From Octopus vulgaris (lineage: Eukaryota): 64,000 nucleotides of DNA. The position numbers and the translations under genes were made by a program. The stretch is taken from positions 215,574,001 through 215,638,000 of the forward strand of contig OX597814.1 of the NCBI GenBank assembly GCA_951406725.2, read 5' to 3'. Below are positions 12,681 through 26,592 of this stretch, piece by piece. The notes beneath the pieces are model-generated. The model was not told the DNA's origin. It searched no databases and saw only the letters and a program-made list of their open reading frames with translations. Numbering within the stretch: the first letter of the stretch is position 1; every line of letters starts with the position of its first letter.

Positions 12681-14732
12681 TGCATGTATATATACAGACA
12701 CTCATACACATGGTTGATCTATGCAGGGAGAGAAAGAGAGTAACAATGAGGGATACACGTTTATGCATATATCTATTTAAGTGCCATGTGTGTGTGTATG
12801 TGTGTGTATGTGTGTGTGTGCTTGTGTGTAAGTGAGTGTAAGATTCCCACTTGCTAATTGCTGTCATACAAAATATCCAAAGAACTCGATGTTGATCACA
12901 GTATTTCATAAATTAATTATTAAACATAACCATTCGTGTGATAATGTTGAAAACCTATAGAATTTACTTCATCAGTAGTTCAAAGAATTCAGTTCCATGT
13001 TATTAGGACACCCGATATATATATATCTGTTATATTCCTGTGAAATGATAATTTATATGATATTATCTGATACCTAAATGAATTGTCGTCTATAGCGAAG
13101 AGATCTAAAGCCATTACCTCAGTCCACCTGAGCAAATATACCTATTATGTGTGGACAGCACTCAAGATTGTAATTAGAAGCGGTACTATATAATTAATCT
13201 ATGTTTGGGGAATTATGCCAGTAGCTATGAGGGGCACCCCGGTGTACTCTCCATGTATGATTCTGAAATATCTGGGATCACTCGCATTTTCATTCATGTT
13301 CATGCTATATAATCATCCCATCTGTAATTATTAAGCATTGTATGCTAAATGTCATAATAATTATATATCTTGTGAACACAGAAACCAATGTATATATCAA
13401 AACAAATTTTCTCTAGTAATGATATTCCTAACATAAATAATGCTTGCTTTTTTTATTATATTTTCGCTAAGTTGAAACATATAAGCTGGTGTGTAAACTT
13501 CAAGAGAAAAATAAATGTTCGGTAATGGCTTCTACTTTTCAACAATGAACTTAATATGTTGTTTACATGCAATTCTCATCTTATTCTTGAAATATAATTT
13601 GTTTTCCAAATCTACAAGTTCGATATTGCTGATATAACTACTTTCTTCTGTGTTTTCTACTCAATCACATCACAAGTGAATGTTTGCTTCACTTAACGAA
13701 ATATCAAAAATATTTCTTTCTTAAAAATAAAGAAAATGGAAGACAATTTGTAAAAAATAATATTGAGAAATTGAGTTTTAACCACATGAAAGCCTTATAA
13801 ATACAATACTAGTAAACAAAACTTATAGCCTTTTAAGGGAAGTAAACAGCTGGACAGTGGGATCATTTGTTATCCGTTTAAAGGGGAAAAAATTTGACAA
13901 GTCAGTCAGTCGCCCGCTGACACTCGTTGACGCTACATCGAAGAGGCCAGGGAACAGAAGAAAGAAGGCATGCACCCAACACCAGAGCTGAAGACACCCC
14001 CTTTCGGGGGTGCCCCGTCACGTCAAAACGGTAGAGGAGTAGGGGGCGAAACCGGACGTGGTTCCTCCTGAAGATATCTTGAGCTAACTGGATCCCATAA
14101 AGGAGCTGCTGTGGTAGCAGACCACGAAACACGGTTGTAATTCCTCCTTCACCGTTTCTTTCACTCTTACTTCAATCCGATGGCAATAGTGGTATTGCCA
14201 TATTTGTAAGAATATTTAATGAACTAGTGCAATATAAAGCAATAGCTCATCCTTGTGCATAGCTACAACTGCACAGGAGAAAAATCCTTGGAGAAGCAGC
14301 ACATTAGTATTTGCAGTACTAAAATAATGCATAGTTTCATGCTGGTGCAGTTGACTGCATAGAATTATGTTCACATTAGCACAACTGTAATGATAGCAGC
14401 TAACTGTTACAATTACATCACTTGCATGGCATAGAAATAAATTAATCTCCCTATAGATGTTAAGTGGTCACTTGGAGTCATAAAGCCATCATCCATATAC
14501 AACTTCATTGACATGGGTTCGCTTTAGACTAAATATGATTAGTTTGTGATTATGAAAATCCCATTAATGCAACATACAGATAATTGTAACAACACAATAT
14601 TGGCATAATAAATATAAAACAATGTAAACCGTATAAAAATACCATAAACAGAATATAAGCCATCAATTTATTAATGTCTGAATGAAGAAATTATCTCAAT
14701 AGAGCGACAATAAAAATTCTGCCTGTTTATCA

Positions 14733-14812
<80 letters not shown>

Positions 14813-14907
14813 GTCTGTCTGTTTGTCTGTCTGTCTGTTTGTCTGTCTATCTATCTATTTATCTACCTGTCTATCTATCTATATATCTATCTGTCTGTCT
14901 GACTGTT

Positions 14908-14944
<37 letters not shown>

Positions 14945-14977
14945 GTCTGTTTGTCTGTCTGTCTGTCTGTTTGTCTG

Positions 14978-15008
<31 letters not shown>

Positions 15009-15031
15009 GTCTGTCTGTTTGTCTGTCTGTT

Positions 15032-15065
<34 letters not shown>

Positions 15066-15110
15066 TCTATCGATCGATCGATCTGTTTATGTCATCAATC
15101 AGTCTGTCTG

Positions 15111-15145
<35 letters not shown>

Positions 15146-15168
15146 GTCTGTCTGTTTGTCTGTATGTT

Positions 15169-15202
<34 letters not shown>

Positions 15203-15302
15203 TTTATCTACGTGTCTGTCTATCTATCTATCTATCTATCTATCGATCGATCGATCTGTTTATCATCAATCAGTCTGTCTGTTTCTCTATCTGTCTATCT
15301 AT
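14733..15302. repeat. (TCTA)n/(TCTG)n compound microsatellite
   Basis: Directly visible. Confidence 0.95.
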
Positions 15303-15623
15303 CCATATGAAAGATACGATTGTTACATAATATATAAGAAATGAGATCACTCAAGGCTAAATATAAAGTATCTAATTTGTGACGGCCACATTGTTGCTAT
15401 TTATAATAAGTACATAAAACTATCAATGGGTCATCAATGACATCATCGATAGCTATGCAACAATAAAATGCAAGCACTGAATACTTACAATATCTACGAC
15501 TCGATATAGTCAAAATATCATGTGCAACGTATCATCCAAATAAAATCAATTATAATAGCTATAATACTACCAACTCAATTTAATCGCAACAATTTCATCT
15601 CAGTAACTCTCTCTCTCTCTATC

Positions 15624-15854
15624 TCTTTACTCTTTACTCTTTTACTTGTTTCAGTCATTTGACTGCGGCCATGCTGGAGCACCGCCTTTAGTCGAGCAAC
15701 TCGACCCCGGGACTTATTCTTTGTAAGACCAGTACTTATTCTATCGGTCTCTCTTTTGCCGAACCGCTAAGTGACGGGGACGTAAACACACCAGCATTGG
15801 TTGTCAAGCAATGCTAGGGGGACAAACACACACACACAAACACATACACACACA

Positions 15855-15919
<65 letters not shown>

Positions 15920-16081
15920 GACAGGCTTCTTTCAGTTTCCGTCTACCAAATCCACTCACAAGGCATTGGTTGGCCCGAGGCTATAGCAGAAGTCACTTGC
16001 CCAAGATGCCACGCAGTGGGGCTGAACCCGGAACCATGTGGTTGATTAGCAAGCTACTTACCACACAGCCACTCCTGCGCC
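15624..16081 (-). mobile_element. tRNA-derived SINE, family B, full length
   Basis: Reverse complement of 24196-24615: ggcgcaggagtggctgtgtggtaag head, internal (TA)n and a gtaaa(a)ga-repeat tail. Confidence 0.93.
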
Positions 16082-16624
16082 TATACACTCTATGTATTGC
16101 TACAAAAATGCTTGTTATGAACGTAACCATTACCATCATACTGATACCTCATTATAACCACCAAATCGATTGTTATATCATTTATCTTCACCATCTACTC
16201 TGTGTAGTTACGCATTTCAGAATATGCAGTCGAATATAATTTATACAGAATAGCCACGAAAAAAGCTAAATAGTTTTATGGTCGTTTGTTTAAACGTCTT
16301 GCAGGATCCACATATTTGAGTGCAGTTGAAATGGTTTAATGCAGGTGAGTAGAAACGTATATCAGGAGATGTGAGTGAGTATGGTTGTACCTGTTAGGAT
16401 GGGCGTCGGTTTGTTCTGTCATCCGGATGCTGTCTGCAATATGCGGACGGGTAAAGCACTTACGTAGACACAAGCACACACACAGAAGGAGAGAGAGAGA
16501 GGGGGGGAGACAGACAGACAGACAAACACACACAGACGGGCAGAAAGACAGACAGACAGACAGATAGACACAGGAGACAAATAAATAAACATACATGCAT
16601 GCGTATATATATTATATATGCAAG

Positions 16625-16659
16625 TGTAGCAGTAGTAGCAGCAGCAGCAGTAGCAGCAT

Positions 16660-16701
<42 letters not shown>

Positions 16702-16840
16702 CAGCAGCAGCAGCAGCAGTAGTAGTAGTTGTAGTAGTTGTAGTAGTAGTTGTAGTAGTAGTAGTAGCAGCAGTAGCAGCCACAGCAGCAGTAGTAGTAG
16801 TAGTTGTAGTAGTTGTAGTAGTAGTTGTAGTAGTAGTAGT

Positions 16841-16893
<53 letters not shown>

Positions 16894-16978
16894 CAGCAGT
16901 ACCAGCCACAGCAGCAGTAGTAGTAGTAGTTGTAGTAGTTGTAGTAGTAGTTGTAGTAGTAGTAGTAGTAGCAGCAGC

Positions 16979-17013
<35 letters not shown>

Positions 17014-17299
17014 CAGCAGTAGCAGACACAGCAGCAGTAGTAGTAGTAGTTGTAGTAGTTGTAGTAGTAGTTGTAGTAGTAGTAGTAGTAGCAGCAGCAG
17101 CAGTAGTAGTAGTAGTTGTAGTAGTTGTAGTAGTAGTTGTAGTAGTAGTAGTAGTAGTAGCAGCAGTAGCAGCCACAGCAGCAGTAGTAGTAGTAGTTGT
17201 AGTAGTAGTTGTAGTAGTAGTAGTAGTAGCAGCAGCAGCAGTAGTAGTAGTAGTTGTAGTAGTTGTAGTAGTAGTAGTAGTAGTAGTAGTAGCAGCAGC

Positions 17300-17352
<53 letters not shown>

Positions 17353-17548
17353 CAGCAGTAGCAGCCACAGCAGCAGTAGTAGTAGTAGTTGTAGTAGTTG
17401 TAGTAGTAGTTGTAGTAGTAGTAGTAGTAGCAGCAGCAGCAGTAGTAGTAGTAGTTGTAGTAGTTGTAGTAGTAGTTGTAGTAGTAGTAGTAGCAGCAGC
17501 AGTAGTAGTAGTAGTAGTAGTAGTAGCAGCAGCAACAACAACAACTAC
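16625..17548. repeat. (GTA/GCA/GTT)n trinucleotide array with higher-order structure
   Basis: The marker ...gccacagcagcagta recurs about five times; produces poly-S, poly-V, poly-T and poly-L ORFs. Confidence 0.95.
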
Positions 17549-18201
17549 AGTCAAAAGCTGGTGCATCATATGTAAGCAGTCTTCTAACATAAGGCGTGTT
17601 TATACTTTGTAAAGCGTCAGTATCTGCCAGAACTGTCTATTTTTCACTCTTAAGTGTAGCTGCAGCCTTTGAGACACAAGGCTGTTTAAATGAGAAATAC
17701 ACCGCGTTGTTGAGATGTTTGCGTACCTCGTTAAGGCTTGCTGCTTTATGGAGCAAGAACTTCTAAACTTTATAGTGTTCAAGGTTATATTGGTAGGCCA
17801 GTGTTTGCATCGTACTTAGCATTAGAGACAAGACCAGTTGTCAAGTTCTCAATGGAGAGTGTTTCATTGATGGAAGATATATAAACTTGACTGACAGGAG
17901 TGAAATAATGTAAAAATACTGTCTGTATGCAAAGGAGCTGTATTTCATCAGAATACATTTATGAGTGGTAGATGTGAGTAACACACACTATAGTTTATGT
18001 ACAGTGGAAGAATCAGAAAAAAACTGAGTCTCCAATTACTGTCAAGATTCGATATGCATAATAAGAATGTGGGTATTGGGGAAAGCCTCTGATTGACAGA
18101 CCCCTACGAAATCCAGAAAACCAGACAGATATGATTTAAGAATTATGTTAATATATAAAAAAAAACAATAATTACATTTCCATAATTTCTGAAGATCAAT
18201 A

Positions 18202-18599
18202 TCTTTATATATAAAAGTGAGGTTGTGTGCTGTCTCTCTCCTACGATTTAGATTCCTAACTACTCCCACATTTTGCGGTGCAGTTTAACCAAAACCGGGT
18301 ATTTTATAGTCGTGATTCATATCGAGCCCTTCTGGGTATTAGCGCGCGTCTACGATGAGTCTACGATTTAAAACAAAAATTACCATCAATTTTTCCCATT
18401 TTTTAATGCCTTTTTGGCATATATAAGGGAAGTAACTCTCTAAAAATGTATTATTAAATCTCAGAACGTAAAAAGCTACAGTAACATCCCCCCCTTTGTG
18501 GTTAGCCATATTGAGATGGCTATTATACTTTACATCTCTAAAAATGCTTATATAGTTATTTCCCTTACAAACCCGAGCAACGCCGGGCGATACTGCTAG
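18202..18599 (+). mobile_element. Non-autonomous Helitron
   Basis: 5' A|TCtttatatataaaag, subterminal GC hairpin cccgagcaacgccggg (18572-18587) and 3' CTAG|T; inserted between A and T with no TSD. Confidence 0.88.
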
Positions 18600-19571
18600 T
18601 ATAATATAAAACACAAATAATAGTATCTGAGGTAGGAAGAAATTCAAAGTGATATGGAGCAAAATATTTTTGTTGCGATAATTGCTATCTATTTCGCGTA
18701 CATACTAACAACCGGTTAAATAGCTATCACTTCAGTGCTTCTTAGATTTGAAATTCAATCCACCCCAATGAAATGAACCATCATCTTTCAGGTTGGATTA
18801 AATTCGTAAAAATAATTTACTGAAAACAATTCAATCGGCTATTGTTTCTTCACTTGCGTAAAATCAATATTTTTCATTAAATTACTTCAATCATATCGGA
18901 ACTTGGCTCCGATAGGCAAATTTTGAGAGAGTCAATATTGTTTGAGAAAGAAGAGATATGCTCAGAGTGGAAACAATTGACACAGAAATGGTTGCAGGTG
19001 ATTCGCTTTGTTTTGAGAACTAATTGGATAATGTTTGGGAATATAAAAACCAAGTTTGAAGCAAATTACTATAATTAATAAAAACTGACTCTCCTTGGGG
19101 TTAGTTCCAGCAAGATATTTTTTTTCTTCAAACTCAAATGAATTCCTATAAAATCTTGGTGATTGCCAACATTGAGCTTTAGTTCTCTTGAAACACAGTT
19201 GTTTATTTTATCACTGAACACCATTTGAGAATAATCTTGGAAGCTTTATCCAGATAAGAATGTGATGAAAAATTTTGAATAATATAAGAAGAATCCTTCA
19301 CAGAAGAGAAAAGTAAGCGGTCAACTCTGGTGGAATATAAACATAGTTTGCAAAATAAAACTCTAAGCAGTATTGTCATCAATTCACAAGTTATCCAAAG
19401 ATCAACGGTTGACATATGCTACCGTTATCTATGCCAACCCGTTCTATGTAACATTTCAAAACTGCTGAAGAAGTGATAAGTGTGTGTCAAAAGATATCAT
19501 ACATATCACTCAGTGAACACTAAATCTCTCTCTCTCTCTTCAATTTCTCACAGCTATTTTCTGCAGCTCTC

Positions 19572-19633
<62 letters not shown>

Positions 19634-20273
19634 ACTTAAATAGAGATGTATGCAAGGCCTATATCCGTTTGTATATATGTGTCCGTATAAAGGTCTGTGA
19701 CAATATATGTGTGCACACGTCTAAAGTCACATATATCTGCAGGTGGAAACAACGGTTATAAGGATTAAACTCAATTTATTTTGTCACTAATTTAGTAAGT
19801 TAAATTTATTAAAGACTCTATATTAGACTGGAAACCATATCATTGTGGACTTTCTTATCAGCTCTTATAAACGTCTAAATGAAACAAAGTAGATAGCTAG
19901 AATTAAATTCCATTATTCAATAAACTTCTTAGACAAAGTGATATCCGTAAACTGCGTATTTAAGTGTCCTTTTGAAAAGACTTAGTTCCTATTATTCGAA
20001 GAAAATGTGCGAAGAAGCAACGTTAAGAAAGAGACAGTTGGTCATCTGTAGTATTGTCAGACGCAGTTTAAACTCCCACGAGGATATTTCTACATATACG
20101 GAAACATTTTGTTAGAATTACTTAAGATTCCTAAATCGATTATTACACATTAACTGGTTTCTGCGTCGATAGAAATCTATATGACAATGTATATGATCTT
20201 ACAAACAGCAAGAAAGCCAATACTCAATACACACTGATGCAGAATCTCACAGAAGCTCATAACACACACACAA

Positions 20274-20319
<46 letters not shown>

Positions 20320-20383
20320 TCATGTGTGTATGTATACGTGCGCATATGTATATGTATATATATATATATTCATGTATATATAT

Positions 20384-20427
<44 letters not shown>

Positions 20428-20573
20428 AAAAGCAATAAAGATTCAAGTTAATTTAAATGAATTTACTTGAATATGGTACCTAACTTAGATGCACCAAAAA
20501 AACTATACTGTTTTAACAATACAATAATGTGGGGTGATTATAAGCGAGAAAGAAGCCACAAGAATGGATAGGT

Positions 20574-20664
20574 TTTTAGTACAATCGTTTCATACAAGGA
20601 CAGGCTTTATTAAAAGTTGCAAAAATTACAGCATATAAACGTGTCCTGTACTCATCAGCTAAAA
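20574..20664 (-). ncRNA. Type I hammerhead ribozyme motif (minus-strand copy)
   Basis: Reverse complement of 20936-21026. Confidence 0.8.
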
Positions 20665-20935
20665 TACATGTGAGTTCTCTAGACATCCTATTGGTTGAGG
20701 CTATACTCATGAAGTAGATAATTAAGTAACATAAACAGATTTCCAAATCATATGTGCACTATGGATTAGGTCACCTTCTCTGTGATGCTGTTAAAACTTT
20801 TTTAAAATTCTGTGATAAGACTGTACATCATCTTTAAAGAACTTTAATGAACTTTGGAAATCTGTTTATGTTACTTAATTATCTACTTCATGAGTATAGC
20901 CTCAACCAATAGGATGTCTAGAGAACTCACATGTA

Positions 20936-21026
20936 TTTTAGCTGATGAGTACAGGACACGTTTATATGCTGTAATTTTTGCAACTTTTAATAAAGCCTGT
21001 CCTTGTATGAAACGATTGTACTAAAA
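20936..21026 (+). ncRNA. Type I hammerhead ribozyme motif
   Basis: Stem I UUUUAG/CUAAAA; core CUGAUGA (20942-48); stem II GUACAGGACA...UGUCC(U)UGUAU (20949-21008); GAAA-C-GAUU-G-UA. Predicted cleavage after A21020. Confidence 0.82.
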
Positions 21027-21082
21027 ACCTATCCATTCTTGTGGCTTCTTTCTCGCGTATATATATATATATATATATATTC

Positions 21083-21131
<49 letters not shown>

Positions 21132-21706
21132 TGTATATATGCAAATGTATGCACACACAGGCACGCATACACATACACTCACACATACACATATAGGTGT
21201 TTAATGTGTATGTATATATAAAATGCTAAAAATTGATAAAAACATTATCTGATACACTTCTCAATATGAAATGTTCAATGGCATAAACATTCTTTAGATG
21301 TAAAATAATGACAGTTTTTTTAACACCAAGATGGGTCAACTAGGTTTTAGCTTGAAAGATAAAAGTTCTATCGTATACGAGAGAGAGAGAGAGTATTTCT
21401 TTATTCACCATAAGGTTGAGAAAAAGAGGGGACAAAACAAACGTTGGGGTCAGGGTATCGAATGAGACGAAACGTATGAATAAACAAACAATTAAAATAT
21501 ATACAATTCAATGAGAATGAGTGAATAACAAAAAATGAAGCGGAGGACGCGGTTGACCCCGCAAACCACATCCTCACACTGAAGACTTTGCTTTCTCCTT
21601 TTTCACATTCTTGATTAAACAGGTTGCTATAGACTTCCATACTTGCTATAGACTTCCATCTTTTACGAAACACACTTTGCGACAGGCATTTCTTCTCCAG
21701 AGAGAG

Positions 21707-21743
<37 letters not shown>

Positions 21744-21769
21744 AGAGTGACTGACTACTTCATACAGAC

Positions 21770-21930
21770 TATCGTTCTCTCTCCATCTTTTACCTTCTCG
21801 TGCCTTTCTGTCGGACGGCGTCGGCACGAAACTTCGAAGACTTTTCCATTCGTCCTGAGTGTCAAGTTAATACACCTGTTTGTTATTTCCTCACCATTCT
21901 TCGTCTTTCGGTTTCTGTAAATTTGAACTC
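21770..21930 (+). mobile_element. Decayed Penelope-like terminal repeat with a hammerhead relic
   Basis: cttt-CTGTCGG-acggcgtcggcac-GAAAC-ttc-gaag at 21804-21839; same layout as 5597-5631 but heavily mutated. Confidence 0.35.
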
Positions 21931-22131
21931 CATACTAAATGGGTTCTAAGATTAGTGAATAACAGAGATAAGAGATACGCTAAAGTGGCAAGATTAAGTC
22001 AATTGTTGTACAAAAAAGAGGCGAGGACTTCAGCCTGTTGGATATGTGTCCATGTGTGTGTGTGTGCATGTGTGTGTGTGCGTATGTGTATGCTTGTTAG
22101 TTTGTGTGTGCGTGCGTATGTGTATACTTGT

Positions 22132-22172
<41 letters not shown>

Positions 22173-22536
22173 CGTGGGACTAGTGTATAAGGTGTATGTA
22201 GCTGTGTTGATGATTAAGAGTTGGTATCCAAATAGTAGAAGCTATTAGTAACGGGATTATTTTTTTAAATGAATTAAATTGCACTCGAAGTAGATTGATA
22301 GTTTAATAATTAATTTCTGGTGTTAGCGATTGTATAACTTCTTTTTTAATAAAAGTGACATTTTTTAAAATGAGGAAAAAAGGAAAGAAGAAAGACAGGA
22401 AATAAATTGAAAAATAGGAAACAAGAGCGGATTTTCAAATGAAGATGTGGAGTAAAAGAATTTAAGTGATTATTTGATATGTGTGTGTGTGTGTGTGTGT
22501 GTGCTTATGTATATATATAAATACATATATACTACG

Positions 22537-23007
<471 letters not shown>

Positions 23008-23159
23008 ATATATATATATATATATATACATACACACATACATACACACACACACACATGCATACATACATACATACATACATACATACATACATACATA
23101 CATACATACATACATACATACATACATACATACATACATACATACATACATACATACAT

Positions 23160-23975
23160 TTAGACACCAGTTGGATGTCGGGAGAAAGAGTGAAAAATAC
23201 CATAGTAGAACTTAATGGTAGTTTAACTTTGATCGAGTCAGTCTCTTGATACTCTGATATTCTGATAATTTATTGTTGATACTCTTGATACTCTGATAAT
23301 TTTATTGTTGAATTTTTTCTAATTTCATATATAACAGGAGAGGAAGATTAGAGACGGATGGGCTTATCTACATATGTAGGAGGGCGATTAACGGAAGTGA
23401 GTGTAAGGATTTCTTTGTGACTGCTACGCTAGATTAGGATATGATAGCTGTCTCCTTATTAAAAGGTCTTGATTATTGATTCTAATAGATTCTAATACAG
23501 GTATATTGATAGCGATAGATGTTTCATTTGCTTTCTAATAAGATGTTTGGTGTTTAACGTTGTGTTGGAGAACAAAGATACGATAAGAAATACTATGGTG
23601 TAGTTGTTCATTAGTTATGAAAGGTAGATCATTGTATCAATTTATTTGCTGACTTTATGATAATGCTTTTGTGATTTGTAGCTGTCTTGCAGGCTATAGG
23701 TGGGCGTCTAGACGTAAAGTATTCTATACATCCTTAACAGATAAGTGGAATCAAGTTCTGAAGTCGCTCAAAGGCGATATCCTTTTAAAGTAGGATATAG
23801 GTATGATGTCAAGTTAGGGTACTGTTTATTACAAATGGAAGTTAAGTTGTTTAGAAGGTTATTTAAGTATCTAGTTAAAGCTTGTCGAAGGTTGATAGCT
23901 GAATTGAACGAGTAGCTCTTGCTAAAGGCATTCAATTTACTATCATTCTTTGAGTTTAGTAAAGAAACCAATCAC
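23160..23975 (-). pseudogene. Possible decayed Penelope-like RT N-terminal fragment
   Basis: Minus strand gives LESIRINNQDLLIRR / RPFNKETAII, weakly resembling the PLE 'DIIIRPADKG' region; many stops. Weak similarity only. Confidence 0.3.
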
Positions 23976-24195
23976 TTAAAGACTTCTTATAGATTTTAGT
24001 GGAGAAACTGATGTTGGAATAATACCTACGTTTAGAAACGTAGGTATTGAAAGAAAATTAAAAGAAGGTTCCTTTATCATTACAATCTCCAAAAGCTATC
24101 GTTTGTTTTATTTGAAAAATAACTTGACTCATTATTATGCTGATTCTAAAAAGTCAACACATATTCGGATACATGCTTACATATACGCATTTATT

Positions 24196-24615
24196 GGCGC
24201 AGGAGAGGCTGTGTGGTAAGTAGCTTGCTTACCAACCACATGGTTCCGGGTTCATTCCCACTACGTGGCACCTTGGGCAAGTGTATTCTACTATAGCTTC
24301 GGGCCGACCAAAGCCTTGTGAGTGGATTTGGTAGACGGAAACTGAGGGAAGCCCGTCATATATATGTATATATATATATATATATGTATGTATGTGTGTG
24401 TGTGTTTATGTGCTTGTGTTTGTCCTCCCCCCCCCCAACATTACTTGACAACCGATGGTGGTGTGTTTACGTCCCCGTAACTTAGCGGTTCGGCAAAACA
24501 GACCGATTGAAAAAGTACTAGGCTTACAAAGAATATGTCCCGGGGTCGATTTGCTCGACTAAAAGCGGTACTCCAGCATGGCCACAGTCAAATGACTGAA
24601 ACAGGTAAAAGAGTA
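24196..24615 (+). mobile_element. tRNA-derived SINE, family B, full length
   Basis: tRNA-like head, ggcaccttgggcaagtg CORE-like segment, internal (TA)/(TG)n and tail ...cagtcaaatgactgaaacaggtaaaagagta. Confidence 0.93.
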
Positions 24616-25684
24616 TACAGAAACACGTTTACATGTGGACATAAAGAAAGAATTCAGATCTTTTTCAAATCAGATTTCCGAACTAATAACCCAAATATAA
24701 TCTTTGCCGCGTGTTCTTTCTGCAATATCTATGTTCCTCCACCACAACCAGGGAAATTTAGAAGCAATTTCACAACGTTTATGAGTATTTGACTCGTCGT
24801 CTTCACCGTGTGATCTAAAGTTTAACCTTTCAACGTTGCTTGAATAAGCTAGGACAACGGAATTTATAAGTAATAAGCAACTCCAAATGTGATGTATGTA
24901 TGTATGTATGTATATATGTATATATGCACACGCGGTGCTCCCACGACTATATCACAGGGACAAGCAATATGTGTGTGTAATTATGCGTGCATGTATTTTG
25001 AGTGTGTGTCTGTGTGACTGTATGTGCATATTTGTCTTTATAATACATACATATATACATGCACACATATATACATACACCCTTACACACAACCTATGTA
25101 TGCGTGTGGTGTGTGTGTGTGTGTGCGTCAGCTCTTTCATACGTATACAAAAAAAGCTTTCTCTCGACTCGCTGTTTTATCGAGGACAAGTTATTCATCA
25201 ATTCTTTTCATGTTTAAAGGTGGGAGGTAAACAGGAATAGGCGAATCTGACGTTTCACAGACCTTTCAGGAAATACAACACAAAATCAAATCCTCAACTG
25301 GTTCTTCAAGTAATCATTGATAATAATCGTCCATTGTGCATTCTTGCTAGCAAGAGTCTACATGCATATGCACACACACACACACGCGCGCGCGCCCGCG
25401 CGCATTCACTATATATTCGTTGTTCATTCCTTTATTATTGTTCTTATTTTATCTTATGTCGACTGCCTGGAACTCTTTCATCACACATCTGTGACCTCTT
25501 CATAAACTCTTTTATCCAACGTGTATCCTGCTGCTCTGTTCAGACCATTCTCCAAAACAAATTCATGGACGTATGTATATAACAAATTCATAAACGTATA
25601 TATATATAAGAATATATATATATATATGTATACATACATATATATATACATACATATATATATATACATATATATATACATACA

Positions 25685-25716
<32 letters not shown>

Positions 25717-25979
25717 AAATAATTTTTTGCGTAATGTGATAAAAAAAACCAAGGGTTAGATATTACAGCATTTATAGATGAAGGTCTTACAGCTGTTTCC
25801 ATATTTATTAATTCAGAAAGAAGGAGAGAAAAAAATATGCGTGCAGAGGCTAGTGAATCAGGGTATATATAGATATTAGAGCATTTATAGATAGAAGGTC
25901 TTACAGCTGTTTCCAGGATATTATATTATACATATAATATACACACACACACACTCACGCGCGCATACACACACACATA

Positions 25980-26242
25980 CGAAGGAGTGCTGAAAAGTTC
26001 CTGGCTTTGGGTAAAAGAAAATACAGGAGGATCCGTTAATTATGATTTTATTCAACATATTCCCCACACACACATGCGAAGGGGTGCTCAGATTCCTGGC
26101 TTTGGGTAAAAGAAAATACACGAGGATCTTAATTGCAGCAGTGGTCCTTCAGGTTTTCTAATCCCTGTCAAGGAACTCGGAAGGTTGGGCCTCCAGCCGT
26201 TTCGCGATACCCTTAAAGCAAAGAACTATTCAGTACCTCTCG
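25980..26242. mobile_element. Mariner-type MITE with a duplicated left end
   Basis: TA-cgaaggagtgctgaaaagttcctggcttt at 25978, repeated at ~26077; inverted counterpart aaagcaaagaactattcagtacctctcg ends at 26242. Confidence 0.7.
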
Positions 26243-26243
26243 G

Positions 26244-26294
<51 letters not shown>

Positions 26295-26309
26295 CGCGTG
26301 TGAGTGTGT

Positions 26310-26592
26310 GTACTGTAATATATCGATTCAGGCAATCGTGTGGCTATCACAGAAAACTCTTGTAGCACATCTGGCAAGCAGATCACATTGTAGATATTCA
26401 AATGTCATACTCCCTAACTTTCTATGGTATATATACTCCTCATGAATTAATTTCGTTGGTCGGGACTTCTGGATTTCAGATGCACGGGCACTCAGCATTA
26501 CATCTCACTGCGAGTCCGCAATCAGAGCTTTCTGTGATAGCCACACGATTCTCTGAATCCATATACTACACTACGAATCCATATACTACACG
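26310..26592. mobile_element. MITE with ~50-bp terminal inverted repeats
   Basis: gtactgtaatatatcgattcaggcaatcgtgtggctatcacagaaaactct (26310-60) versus agagctttctgtgatagccacacgattctctgaatccatatactacactac (26524-74). Confidence 0.75.

Larger units (their letters stand above)
20426..21056. mobile_element. Penelope-like element remnant with an inverted pLTR (204-bp inverted repeat)
   Basis: Arms 20544-20747 and 20853-21056 are reverse complements around a 105-bp spacer. Each arm carries a hammerhead, both flanks are (TA)n, and the tail 20426-20543 is homologous to 45560-45670. Confidence 0.75.
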
